Of a stretch of DNA of 64,000 nucleotides, positions 19,892 to 28,034 are shown in pieces (the stretch's first letter is position 1; each line of letters starts with the position of its first letter). This stretch comes from Elusimicrobiota bacterium. GTDB lineage: Bacteria > Elusimicrobiota > Endomicrobiia > Endomicrobiales > JBDRNC01. The position numbers and the translations under genes were made by a program. The stretch is taken from NCBI GenBank assembly GCA_043811535.1, contig JBDRNC010000038.1, forward strand, positions 32,001 to 96,000, read 5' to 3'. Under the pieces are notes generated by a model that searched no databases, was not told the DNA's origin, and saw only the letters and a list, made by a program, of their open reading frames with translations.

Positions 19892-20905
19892 ATGCCTCCA
19901 AAAATAAGAATTAAGGACATTGCCAAGGAATTAGGGGTATCTTCTGCCGCTGTTTCTCTGGCGCTCAATAACAAATCCGGCGTCAGTTCAGATCTTAAGG
20001 CAAGAATAGTTAGTCATGCAGCAAAGTCCGGATATATTCAAAATGCAGGCTCATTGAAATCTGATTATGTCGCTGTTGTTTATGATATATCTGAAGGGCT
20101 TGTACCTCTGAACATTGAGATTACCCAGACACTGAAAAAGAACGGTTTCTTTGAGTTGCGCTACGCATTTTACAGCGATGAACTTCTGGATGATGAAAAG
20201 CAAAGGATATACTTCAATAAAATTACTGATGAGGATAGCGTAGCCGGATTGATAATAGTGGCCTTGAACATTTCGGAATTACTTCTGAACAGGCTGTTAA
20301 ACAAGAATATTCCCATAGTATTGGTGAATTGCAAAAGCAAGCACAACCTTGGAATAAACATAAATATCGACGATGAATTAGGCGGTTACCTGGCTGCGAA
20401 AAAATTGATCGAGTTAGGGCATAGAAATATAGGACTGATCCTTCCTGACGTATCCTATGACAATGTGTGGAATGAGAGGAAGGCCGGATACAAGAACGCT
20501 TTGTTAGAGTCAGGCTTGAAATACAATATTGATTATTTAGAGCCCGAAAATACGTTTACGGTTGAAGAGGCCGGTAAGGCGACGATGAATTTAGTCAGAA
20601 GGCATCCGGAATTAACAGCGATAATTTACGTAACTGACTTACAGGCTGTCGGTGGTATGCGGGCGATGAAACAAAACGGCATAAAGATACCCGATGACAT
20701 CTCTGTCATAGGATTTGATAACTCGAAATACTGCGAATTAGTCACACCCACGTTGAGCTCTGCCGAGTTGCATTTGAAGAAAATAGGCTCATTGGCGTCC
20801 GAGATGCTCCTGAAAGCCATGAGAGAGAATAACAAGCATAGTGAGAGCATCATTATGAGGCCAGAGATAATACTGCGTGATTCTTGTAGGAGTTTAGTTA
20901 AGTAG
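19892..20905 (+). CDS. LacI-family transcriptional regulator (paralog of 28035)
   Basis: IKDIAKELGVSSAAVSLALN HTH; LIELGHRNIG; IPDDISVIGFDN. Confidence 0.92.
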   Translation: MPPKIRIKDIAKELGVSSAAVSLALNNKSGVSSDLKARIVSHAAKSGYIQNAGSLKSDYVAVVYDISEGLVPLNIEITQTLKKNGFFELRYAFYSDELLDDEKQRIYFNKITDEDSVAGLIIVALNISELLLNRLLNKNIPIVLVNCKSKHNLGININIDDELGGYLAAKKLIELGHRNIGLILPDVSYDNVWNERKAGYKNALLESGLKYNIDYLEPENTFTVEEAGKATMNLVRRHPELTAIIYVTDLQAVGGMRAMKQNGIKIPDDISVIGFDNSKYCELVTPTLSSAELHLKKIGSLASEMLLKAMRENNKHSESIIMRPEIILRDSCRSLVK

Positions 20906-21034
20906 CATATATTTTTTGCTCATTAACTAAATAGTTAAGTAGTACAAATAATTTACGAGGAGGTGGTTAGAGGCACATAGAGACGGCCATGCATCTTGAG
21001 TGCGCAAATTTTGATTTCAAAACGGGAGGATTGT

Positions 21035-21664
21035 ATGAAAAAGTTAATAGTTGGCTCAGTGTGTCTTGCGTTATTCGCGGCGTGCGCAAGTTATGGTTTC
21101 GCCGCTAGAAAAGTTTCAAAAAATGAGACACCGGCTTCCGGGGATTCTTCTCAGATGAAAACAGTATCAGCAAACACATTGTCAAATACAACTGTTTTCA
21201 TTAATTTCGAGAAGGATACTGAAAGGTACGGTGTTTGGCAAAAGGATATCAAAGATCCTTCCCAGGGCATCAAATACGAAATTGTATCCCCCGGGGTTGA
21301 CGATAGAGGCAAGTGTGTTAAACTTACATATGACGTGGATTCTCCAAACGAGGCATACTGCGGTTTCTGGATGACAATAAACGCGGACCTTCGGGAATAC
21401 AAGAAGCTGGTTTTTTGGGCAAAAGGCGATAAATCAGCCGGCTTTACGTCAACGATAAAGACAGAGTTAAAGAACAATATGGAGTCCAGCGCCCCATATA
21501 CGGATAAGATCACAAGTAGATGGACAAAAATTGAGATACCTTTAGAGGATTTCAATACCATAACTGACTGGTCGAAAATGATACAGTTTGTTGTGACTTT
21601 CGATTCCCAGGTTACTCAAAAAACAGGTGTGATTTACCTTGACAACATAGGGTTTGAGAAATAG
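21035..21664 (+). CDS. Exported CBM11-like carbohydrate-binding protein
   Basis: GGAGG RBS; signal peptide; LTYDVDS..YCGFW, DLREYKKLVFWAKG, WTKIEIPLEDF, IYLDNIGF. Confidence 0.7.
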   Translation: MKKLIVGSVCLALFAACASYGFAARKVSKNETPASGDSSQMKTVSANTLSNTTVFINFEKDTERYGVWQKDIKDPSQGIKYEIVSPGVDDRGKCVKLTYDVDSPNEAYCGFWMTINADLREYKKLVFWAKGDKSAGFTSTIKTELKNNMESSAPYTDKITSRWTKIEIPLEDFNTITDWSKMIQFVVTFDSQVTQKTGVIYLDNIGFEK

Positions 21665-21681
21665 CAGGAAGCGTATGTCTT

Positions 21682-21741
21682 AACTGATAACATCGGTCCG
21701 GGGCGGTATATTTAGGCAACTCCGGGCCGGTGTTGTTAGCT
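21682..21741. other. Long intergenic stem-loop
   Basis: AACTGATAACATCGGTCCGGGG ... CTCCGGGCCGGTGTTGTTAGCT. Confidence 0.6.
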
Positions 21742-21787
21742 GAATAAGGTTGTAACTGGGGAATCTATACTTTACAGGGGCATATAA

Positions 21788-23863
21788 ATGAAGAATATCG
21801 TATTTGCGGCGCTCTTGCTTTTGATTCCCGTGCAGCTTTTTTCGGATATTAAGGTTAGCCTTCCCGCTGAAGACTATAACTACCTGCTTGGTATTGCCAG
21901 CGATACATGGTCATGCATCGATTATCTGGTGGAACCGGAAACCGGACTGCCTTATGATTCGACTATCAAGACAAAGGAATTTACTTCGGTCAGTAATATA
22001 GGCGTGTATATCGCCGCAATTTCCGCGGCGGTGGAGATGAATTTACTGGACAGGAAGGAAGGTGTTAAGAGGATTTCCAGGATTTTGGATTCATATAATA
22101 AATTCTCAGTTTGGAACGGATTCGCGCAGTGCTGGCATAGCGTGAAAACATTGAAACCGGACACGAATGACCCTTGGATATCCATCCTGGATTCAGGCAA
22201 TCTCGCTGGCGGCCTGATAATAGCACGCCAGGAGTTCCCGGAAATCGGGGGCCGCATATCTGGAGTCCTTGAAAAGATGGATTGGGCAAAAATATACAAT
22301 CCTTCCAGAAATCTTCTTTACGGCGGATATAACATGAAGACAGAGAAGATAAATAAGTCCTGGCTACTCGCGATGATAGGAACCGATGCCAGGGCGGCGT
22401 ACATAGTCGCGATAGGTTCAGGGAAGATTCCGCCGGATTCATGGGTAAAACTGCAAAAGAACAAGGAGCGCAAGTATTCGTTGTCATACTATCAGCCTGG
22501 TTGGCAGGGCGGGGGGCTGTTCATGCAGTTCATAGATTCCTGCTTTTTTGACATACGATACACGGAAATGTGGAAATCAGCGGCAGCATTTGCCTACGCG
22601 CAGGCATTTCACGCGAAGCTTATTGATTCGCCGGTATGGGGTTGGTCGGCGTGCGATTCTCCGGATGACGGATACCTGGGCTTCAATAACCATAGGGATT
22701 ATGTTGTCGCGCCGCATGCCTCGGTTCTCGCGATCTCGCTTTTCCCTGACGAAGTAATTGCTAACATGAGGAAACTTGAAGAAATGGGGGCGCGGTCAAA
22801 ATATGAAGTGAACGGAAATAAATACAATTTCGGATTCAGGGATGCCATTGACGTGGTTAAGAATAAATCCACGAATACATACCTGATGTTCGATCAGGGA
22901 ATGCTACTTTTAAGTATATGCAACTATATCTGTGACGGCAAGTTATGGGAGTTGAGCAACAGGGACCCGGTTGTCAGGTACGCGAAGCGGTTGATACCGG
23001 ATATGCGGCAGGACAGGCCGGGTTTTTATGATTTTATGTCGAAATTATACGTTGACGGCATTTATGTTGCGGTGAAATCCGTGAACGATAAAAAAGAATA
23101 CAAGTCCGGCGATGAATACAAAGGACAAATTTCGTTAATCTGCGATGACGTGGACATAAACGGAAAGTATAAAGTATCCTGGCGGTTAATTGAGAAAAAT
23201 AACGGGAAAATAGTAAAATCAGGTTCGGTTTCATCGACAATAGCTGATAGTACCGATAAAATTGCCGACTCATTCAAATTCATTACTCGCGAAGGCGAGT
23301 ACTTGCTGCAAGCGGTAGTTTTGGATAAAAATGGCTCGAACCGCGCATCCGACAGTTATGAATTTACCGTAGCGGATTACATAGATCTAAGCGGAGCGTG
23401 GTATTTTAATTCCGGTGACGATATTTCATGGAAGGACCCAGACTATAATGATTCAGACTGGAAAACCATCACAGTACCGGCCAGGTGGGAAGATGAGGGT
23501 TACGCCGGTTATGACGGTTATGCGTGGTACAGGCTGAAAGTTAAGATACCGGAAAAGCTCAAAATAAGCTGGAAAGATGGGGTAATAAACTTAAATATCG
23601 GCGGGATAGACGACGCCGAACAAGTATATATTAACGGAGTAATGATAGGAGAGGCAGGATTTCCTCCGAATTTCAGGGACGGGTTATGGGACAAGGAAAG
23701 GAATTACAAAATTCCATTTGAAAATATTAAGTTCGGTCGGGAGAATGTACTGGCTGTCAGGGTTTACGACAATAGATTAGAAGGCGGCATCTGGAAAGGT
23801 CCTGTAAGGATTATACATAAGCCAGTTGCGAAGGGAGTGAAATTTAATCCTCCGCGCTGGTAA
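21788..23863 (+). CDS. Secreted glucoamylase-family (DUF3131/GH144-like, beta-1,2-glucanase clan) protein with C-terminal galactose-binding-like jelly roll
   Basis: TGLPYD, TSVSNIG, ISILDSGNL, WGWSA, VVAPHAS, FGFRDA, DQGM; C-terminal DLSGAWYF..VPARWE..YDGYAWYR..GGIDD..GGIWKGPV. Confidence 0.7.
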   Translation: MKNIVFAALLLLIPVQLFSDIKVSLPAEDYNYLLGIASDTWSCIDYLVEPETGLPYDSTIKTKEFTSVSNIGVYIAAISAAVEMNLLDRKEGVKRISRILDSYNKFSVWNGFAQCWHSVKTLKPDTNDPWISILDSGNLAGGLIIARQEFPEIGGRISGVLEKMDWAKIYNPSRNLLYGGYNMKTEKINKSWLLAMIGTDARAAYIVAIGSGKIPPDSWVKLQKNKERKYSLSYYQPGWQGGGLFMQFIDSCFFDIRYTEMWKSAAAFAYAQAFHAKLIDSPVWGWSACDSPDDGYLGFNNHRDYVVAPHASVLAISLFPDEVIANMRKLEEMGARSKYEVNGNKYNFGFRDAIDVVKNKSTNTYLMFDQGMLLLSICNYICDGKLWELSNRDPVVRYAKRLIPDMRQDRPGFYDFMSKLYVDGIYVAVKSVNDKKEYKSGDEYKGQISLICDDVDINGKYKVSWRLIEKNNGKIVKSGSVSSTIADSTDKIADSFKFITREGEYLLQAVVLDKNGSNRASDSYEFTVADYIDLSGAWYFNSGDDISWKDPDYNDSDWKTITVPARWEDEGYAGYDGYAWYRLKVKIPEKLKISWKDGVINLNIGGIDDAEQVYINGVMIGEAGFPPNFRDGLWDKERNYKIPFENIKFGRENVLAVRVYDNRLEGGIWKGPVRIIHKPVAKGVKFNPPRW

Positions 23864-23930
23864 AAGATGCAACTCTACGCAATATGGTCTACCACGTCTA
23901 AGATTAGAGCAATCAAATACGCAATTATTA

Positions 23931-24280
23931 TGCTATAATGTTTTCAGGTTTCCGTCGAGACAGGTTCGAATGGCGTTTACTAGGGGACCCTTAGTTTTCA
24001 GAGTATCCCTTGCGGATACTGCTGAAAACTAACAGTTGTTTGAATGGGGATTTGAACCAGCCGACAAAATCGGCTCTGTTCAAGAAATCCCGCGCGCCCG
24101 TCCGAAGTTATGATTTTAGTGCTGCGAATAGCAGCGTATACTAAAATCATGTCAACGAAGGAGGGTTAGCCACCCCACGACTTAAAACACAATGAAATAT
24201 CAATCAAATATGGTTAATCCAAATTTGACCCTCAAGTAAACGCCATTCGAACCGCTCACTAATCTGAGCGGTTTTTTGTT
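23931..24280 (+). repeat. Junction element copy 2 (left half 23931-23990; inserted hairpins and tRNA-His 3' duplicate; type B right half 24166-24280)
   Basis: Conserved left arm; TTAGCCACCCCACG; right arm GTAAACGCCATTCGAACC is a perfect inverted repeat of the left arm; terminator AACCGCTCA-TGAGCGGTT. Confidence 0.9.
24092..24164 (-). mobile_element. 73-bp structured insertion element interrupting the tRNA-His 3' duplicate
   Basis: Removing it restores AAATCCC|GTTAGCCACCCCA; same ends and fold as the inserts at 26965-27016 and 35622-35695. Confidence 0.75.
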
Positions 24281-24323
24281 TACTAATTTCACATGGAGCA
24301 TAAGGTATGATAATGGTGAATAG

Positions 24324-25550
24324 ATGAATATAAAACGTCTCCCGTTGCGCTATTTAATAGCTATTATCGTTTTCATTGGGTATCCTCTTTCTTGGTATTT
24401 CATAGCAAAGGCATACAATTATCCTGATCCGTCGGGGGTGGGCATATTATGGGCGTATTTAAATATCCCAGGCATGCCAATTTACAACCTTTGTAGAATA
24501 TTTGATGTAAATATTAATTCTAAACTGTTATTTTATGGCCCTATTTTAGCAACAGGATTAATATATGGGTGTACAGCCCTATTCATAAGTAGTTTGTTCT
24601 CGAAAAAGAGTAATATTTGGGAAAAATATAAAATACTAGCATGTTTGATAATGTTGATAGCTGCTTTTCGAATTGCTCCAATATGTGCAAATAAACTCCA
24701 ATCAATTTATGCACTTAAATCAGCTAGTAGATGCTTAAATCAAGAACAACAGATACTTGATAAACTTGACATGTCGTTTATTAGGTACTACCGTGGCCCA
24801 AAAGGTAATATTAGGCAGGAATTTGTTATATCCGGTTTTGATGGTCGGGATCAAAGGACGCTTCTATCCTTTGAGGGTTCTAAAGGGAATGGCATATTCA
24901 ATTATTGGTGGTTGAAGAATAATATTATCCTATTCGATGGTCGTTACTCAGGGAATCCGGGTATATTTATGGCAAATCCTATTACTGGCAAAGTATCGCG
25001 TATTTTGCATACAAAAACGGAAAATATATATCCTTCATTTTACGAGCCCGAAAACAAAGTATGTTATATTGAAAATGGGCAAATATATATTTATGACATA
25101 AATATGCAGAAATCATATGCTATTTGTAAAACAAATGGTTTTGCATTAAAATGGTCACCTGACGGAAAAAAGATACTGTTTTGTCGGAAGAAAAGTGTAA
25201 CATCAACTGACATTATGTTGCTGGATATCGGCAAGAGGGATTTGATAACATTATATTCGGGTGGCGAATATTATTATGCTCCTGTTTGGAAAGATATTGA
25301 CAAGATCGGGTGTTATATACATGGGAAGGATGAGTATGTCACCTTCAAATATACATCAAAGGGATTGAGGGAAATTGATAGAGTGCCAATGTCAGAATCT
25401 AGCAAGATATGGAATAAAAGCAAGACAAAGTATCTAATCGTTGAAGAAACTTCTGATAGAAAAGCTTCTATACAGGCATATGACATATTAAGAAAAACTA
25501 GAAATATCATTGCTCAAACTGATGGGGTTGAACGCGTAGAATGGAGATAA
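24324..25550 (+). CDS. Membrane-anchored protein with TolB/PD40-like beta-propeller; AT-rich cargo gene
   Basis: Several N-terminal hydrophobic segments; LKWSPDGKKILF, YYAPVW; visibly lower GC than neighbours. Confidence 0.65.
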   Translation: MNIKRLPLRYLIAIIVFIGYPLSWYFIAKAYNYPDPSGVGILWAYLNIPGMPIYNLCRIFDVNINSKLLFYGPILATGLIYGCTALFISSLFSKKSNIWEKYKILACLIMLIAAFRIAPICANKLQSIYALKSASRCLNQEQQILDKLDMSFIRYYRGPKGNIRQEFVISGFDGRDQRTLLSFEGSKGNGIFNYWWLKNNIILFDGRYSGNPGIFMANPITGKVSRILHTKTENIYPSFYEPENKVCYIENGQIYIYDINMQKSYAICKTNGFALKWSPDGKKILFCRKKSVTSTDIMLLDIGKRDLITLYSGGEYYYAPVWKDIDKIGCYIHGKDEYVTFKYTSKGLREIDRVPMSESSKIWNKSKTKYLIVEETSDRKASIQAYDILRKTRNIIAQTDGVERVEWR

Positions 25551-25580
25551 GGTAGTACATCCATGAGAAGTGTGGACCGG

Positions 25581-25738
25581 AAAATGCTATAATGGTTTCA
25601 GGTTTCCGTCGAGGCAGGTTCGAATGGCGTTTACCAGGGGACCCTCCATCTCAAGCATTGAAAAATCAATCAGTTTTTGTTAATTTACAGCGACCCCTAA
25701 GGGGACGTTCGAACCTCTTCCGCAAGGAAGGGGTTTTT
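25581..25738 (+). repeat. Junction element copy 3 (left half plus type C right half)
   Basis: AAAATGCTATAAT..GGTTTCCGTCGAGGCAGGTTCGAATGGCGTTTACCAGGGGACCC..ATTGAAAAATCAAT..GACCCCTAAGGGGACGTTCGAACC-terminator. Confidence 0.9.
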
Positions 25739-25766
25739 GCTTATGTGGGCGTCAATGGAATCGAAA

Positions 25767-25862
25767 TACCCAACAATTAAGTTACTTGTGTCACTTGTTG
25801 GGTAATTAGGGTATTGACTATTGTTACCCAACAAGTTATAATATTCGCTATATTGTTGGGTA
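25767..25862 (+). promoter_or_regulatory. Promoter with two identical inverted-repeat operators
   Basis: TACCCAACAA-N18-TTGTTGGGTA at 25767-25804 and 25825-25862; TTGACT-17 bp-TATAAT overlaps the second. Confidence 0.85.
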
Positions 25863-25891
25863 ATTATAAGCGCTATGAAGGAGAGGTATAT

Positions 25892-26209
25892 ATGGCATTT
25901 TTAAAATCAGTTTTAAGAGAAGAATTGATGAATTCATTAGCTATGAAGAAAGGATATGAGAAAGCTCTTAAAGAGCTTCCGAGGGGTAGTTTGAGGGGAA
26001 AGAAAATAAGGGGGAAAATATACCATTATGCGGCAATGAGGGAAAATGGCAAATTCAAAGATGTTTATAAGGGAAAAATGTCAAAAGATAAAATAAAAAA
26101 GTATCAAGAAGCGAAAGAGCTCAGGGCAAAGTATAGGAAACTGCTGTCGCAAGTTAAAAAGCAAATAAAATTTCTAAAGGGAACTCTTCGTGGAAAAGAA
26201 GCAATATGA
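25892..26209 (+). CDS. Small basic protein, putative antitoxin/autorepressor
   Basis: GAGG RBS; very Lys-rich; LPRGSL..KKIRGKIYHY; overlaps the next gene by 20 nt. Confidence 0.65.
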   Translation: MAFLKSVLREELMNSLAMKKGYEKALKELPRGSLRGKKIRGKIYHYAAMRENGKFKDVYKGKMSKDKIKKYQEAKELRAKYRKLLSQVKKQIKFLKGTLRGKEAI

Positions 26210-26873
26210 GCTTTGTAAGGAAATTCTAAAACGGTTTCATGATAATGATATACTTCAGAACATAATTCTTGTAGGTAGTTGGTGTTTGCCGTTTTATAAA
26301 GAATATTTCAGGAATTGTGATTTTAGATATACTCTGAGAACACGAGATATTGATTTCCTGATACCGATTCCTTCAAAAATAAGAAGAAAAGTAGATATTG
26401 CTGCCCTTCTTAAAGATCTGGGATTCATTTTAACGCGCTCATATCCGGCAGGATACATAAGGTTGCAGCATCCCGATATAATAGTCGAGTTTCTTATTCC
26501 AGAGAAAGGGAAGGGTATGGACAAACCATTCCCTTTGCCGCAATTAGGCATTAATGCTCAGGGTTTAAGATTTCTTGATCTTCTGACACAAAATACTATT
26601 ACTGTAGAAGTTGAAAATGTGTCAATTGTATTGCCCCATCCTATTAACTTCGCACTTCATAAACTAATTATTTCTCAAAGAAGACAAAATGCAGAGAAAA
26701 CCGAGAAAGATTTGTCCGCGGCCGTGCAAATATTAGAGGCTCTAATAAAAATCGGTGAAAAAGAAAACATTAAGCGAGTATATACCTCGTTACCGAAAAA
26801 ATGGCAGCAAAAAATTACTGGAAGGTTGAAAGCCGGTAAGTATATGGCTATTTTGGAATGTATAATTCAATAG
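26190..26873 (+). CDS. GSU2403-like nucleotidyltransferase-fold protein (AbiEii-like toxin candidate)
   Basis: LVGSWC, RTRDIDFLI, VEFLIP, P..FALHKLIISQRR..K.EKD. Confidence 0.75.
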   Translation: MEKKQYELCKEILKRFHDNDILQNIILVGSWCLPFYKEYFRNCDFRYTLRTRDIDFLIPIPSKIRRKVDIAALLKDLGFILTRSYPAGYIRLQHPDIIVEFLIPEKGKGMDKPFPLPQLGINAQGLRFLDLLTQNTITVEVENVSIVLPHPINFALHKLIISQRRQNAEKTEKDLSAAVQILEALIKIGEKENIKRVYTSLPKKWQQKITGRLKAGKYMAILECIIQ

Positions 26874-26929
26874 AATGAATTATGGGTTAGGACAACTGGT
26901 GTGGTATCCCGGATGAAATCCGAGCCAGT

Positions 26930-27150
26930 AAAATGCTACAATGATTTTAGGTTTCCGTCGAGACCCTCCTACGCCATCCTACGCTAAAGCTTCGGAATGG
27001 CTACGGAAGGGCAGGCAGGTTCGAATGGCGTTTACCAGGGGACCCCACGACTTAAATCACATTGAAATATCAATCAAATATGGTAAATTCCGTTTTGACC
27101 CTCAAGTAAACGCCATTCGAACCGCTCATTATCGTGAGCGGTTTTTTATT
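26930..27150 (+). repeat. Junction element copy 4 (left half with 52-bp insert; type B right half)
   Basis: 18-bp perfect IR GGTTCGAATGGCGTTTAC (27018-27035) / GTAAACGCCATTCGAACC (27106-27123); ACCCCACGACTTAAA as in the tRNA-His flank; terminator. Confidence 0.9.
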
Positions 27151-27181
27151 TAAAAGATAAATGATACAATTTTCAAGCGGG

Positions 27182-27293
27182 GAAGCGGCAGCACAGGACC
27201 TCGTGATTCGCTACGATGACCAAGGAATAGTCGTTTCATACACCTATAATACCACTGAAGACCAACAATGATGGCCTCGACTCACCTTTCTAA
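27182..27293 (+). pseudogene. 3' fragment of a homolog of the lipoprotein gene at 39126-39452
   Basis: Encodes AAQDLVIRYDDQGIVVSYTYNTTEDQQ*, versus AAKDLVIRYDDLGIVVSYTYNTTDIAEDRQ*; downstream non-coding sequence also conserved. Confidence 0.85.
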
Positions 27294-27395
27294 ATTTGCC
27301 GCGGAATAGCTTATCGTGGACTGCCCCATTTGAAAACTGTACCAGCAAATTACTGATAATATAACGGGATAAATATTATAATTTAAACTTGACTA

Positions 27396-27570
27396 TTCCG
27401 CCCAGCTTGTTGGGCGGTTACCGAATATTTCTTATCCCCTGGTGGGAGAAAGGCAGGATGAGGGGGCTCTATGATGCTCACTCTCACCTCAATCCTCTCC
27501 CATCAAGGGAGAGGAAGAACAGACTAAGCACGTCTGATACCGCCTCCGCCGCGGCGGACTGGGCGGAGAT
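27396..27570. repeat. Cluster of REP-like palindromes
   Basis: CCGCCCA-TGGGCGG; TCCCCTGGTGGGAGAAAGGCAGGATGAGGGGG..CTCTCACCTCAATCCTCTCCCATCAAGGGAGAGG; TCCGCCGCGGCGGA. Confidence 0.65.
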
Positions 27571-27925
27571 TCATTTTACCATATTCCTACCTTCAAGGTC
27601 AGGCTGGATTACAATATTGAGGAAAGTATTGCTGCCGAGATGTCTTTGGCGGCTTTTTTTATTTCCAGGATGAGTTTGATACATAATCCACATTCTTAGG
27701 CTATATATTTGCCTTGAAAACCCAGCATTTGACCCCGTTAGAAGCATTTTCCCCTTGAAGATTGTCCTTTTCTATAGATGTATTTGAGCTCTGGCGGCCG
27801 GCTTTGAACGATACTGTTTCGCGCAAGGTCGCGAAAAAATATTTAGAATCGATGAATCATGAATCGCGAACCAAGAACAGCGGATCCGTCGAGAACTTGC
27901 CCCTATTTTTAAAGATTAGTAGTAA

Positions 27926-28018
27926 CTAAATATATTTAGCAGGGTATTGACAAAATGCTTCCGAAGATATATACTATAAAACACAACATAAGAAATATAC
28001 TACTAAATATGATTAGTA
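27926..28018 (+). promoter_or_regulatory. Promoter flanked by two AT-rich palindromic operators
   Basis: CTAAATATATTTAG (27926-27939); TTGACA-17 bp-TATACT (27947-27975); TACTAA-ATATGA-TTAGTA (28001-28018). Confidence 0.7.
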
Positions 28019-28034
28019 AACCTTTGGTAAACCT

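Larger units (their letters stand above)
9305..24204 (+). mobile_element. Putative genomic island integrated at tRNA-His (no integrase in window)
   Basis: 47-bp tRNA-His 3' end plus flank (9305-9351) is directly repeated at 24085-24204 with 2 mismatches once a 73-bp insertion is removed. Confidence 0.6.

Noticed and set aside
25664..25676. IHF site within the junction palindrome (AATCAATCAGTTT)
   Set aside because: Near-match to WATCAANNNNTTR in this copy only; the 3' part is not conserved in the other copies.
18190..27673. Short + strand ORFs 18190-18372, 25592-25780, 26941-27153 and 27389-27673 (also 7545-7772)
   Set aside because: They run through non-coding repeats and terminators; ATGs come from the TATAATG promoter motif; frames are not conserved between copies.
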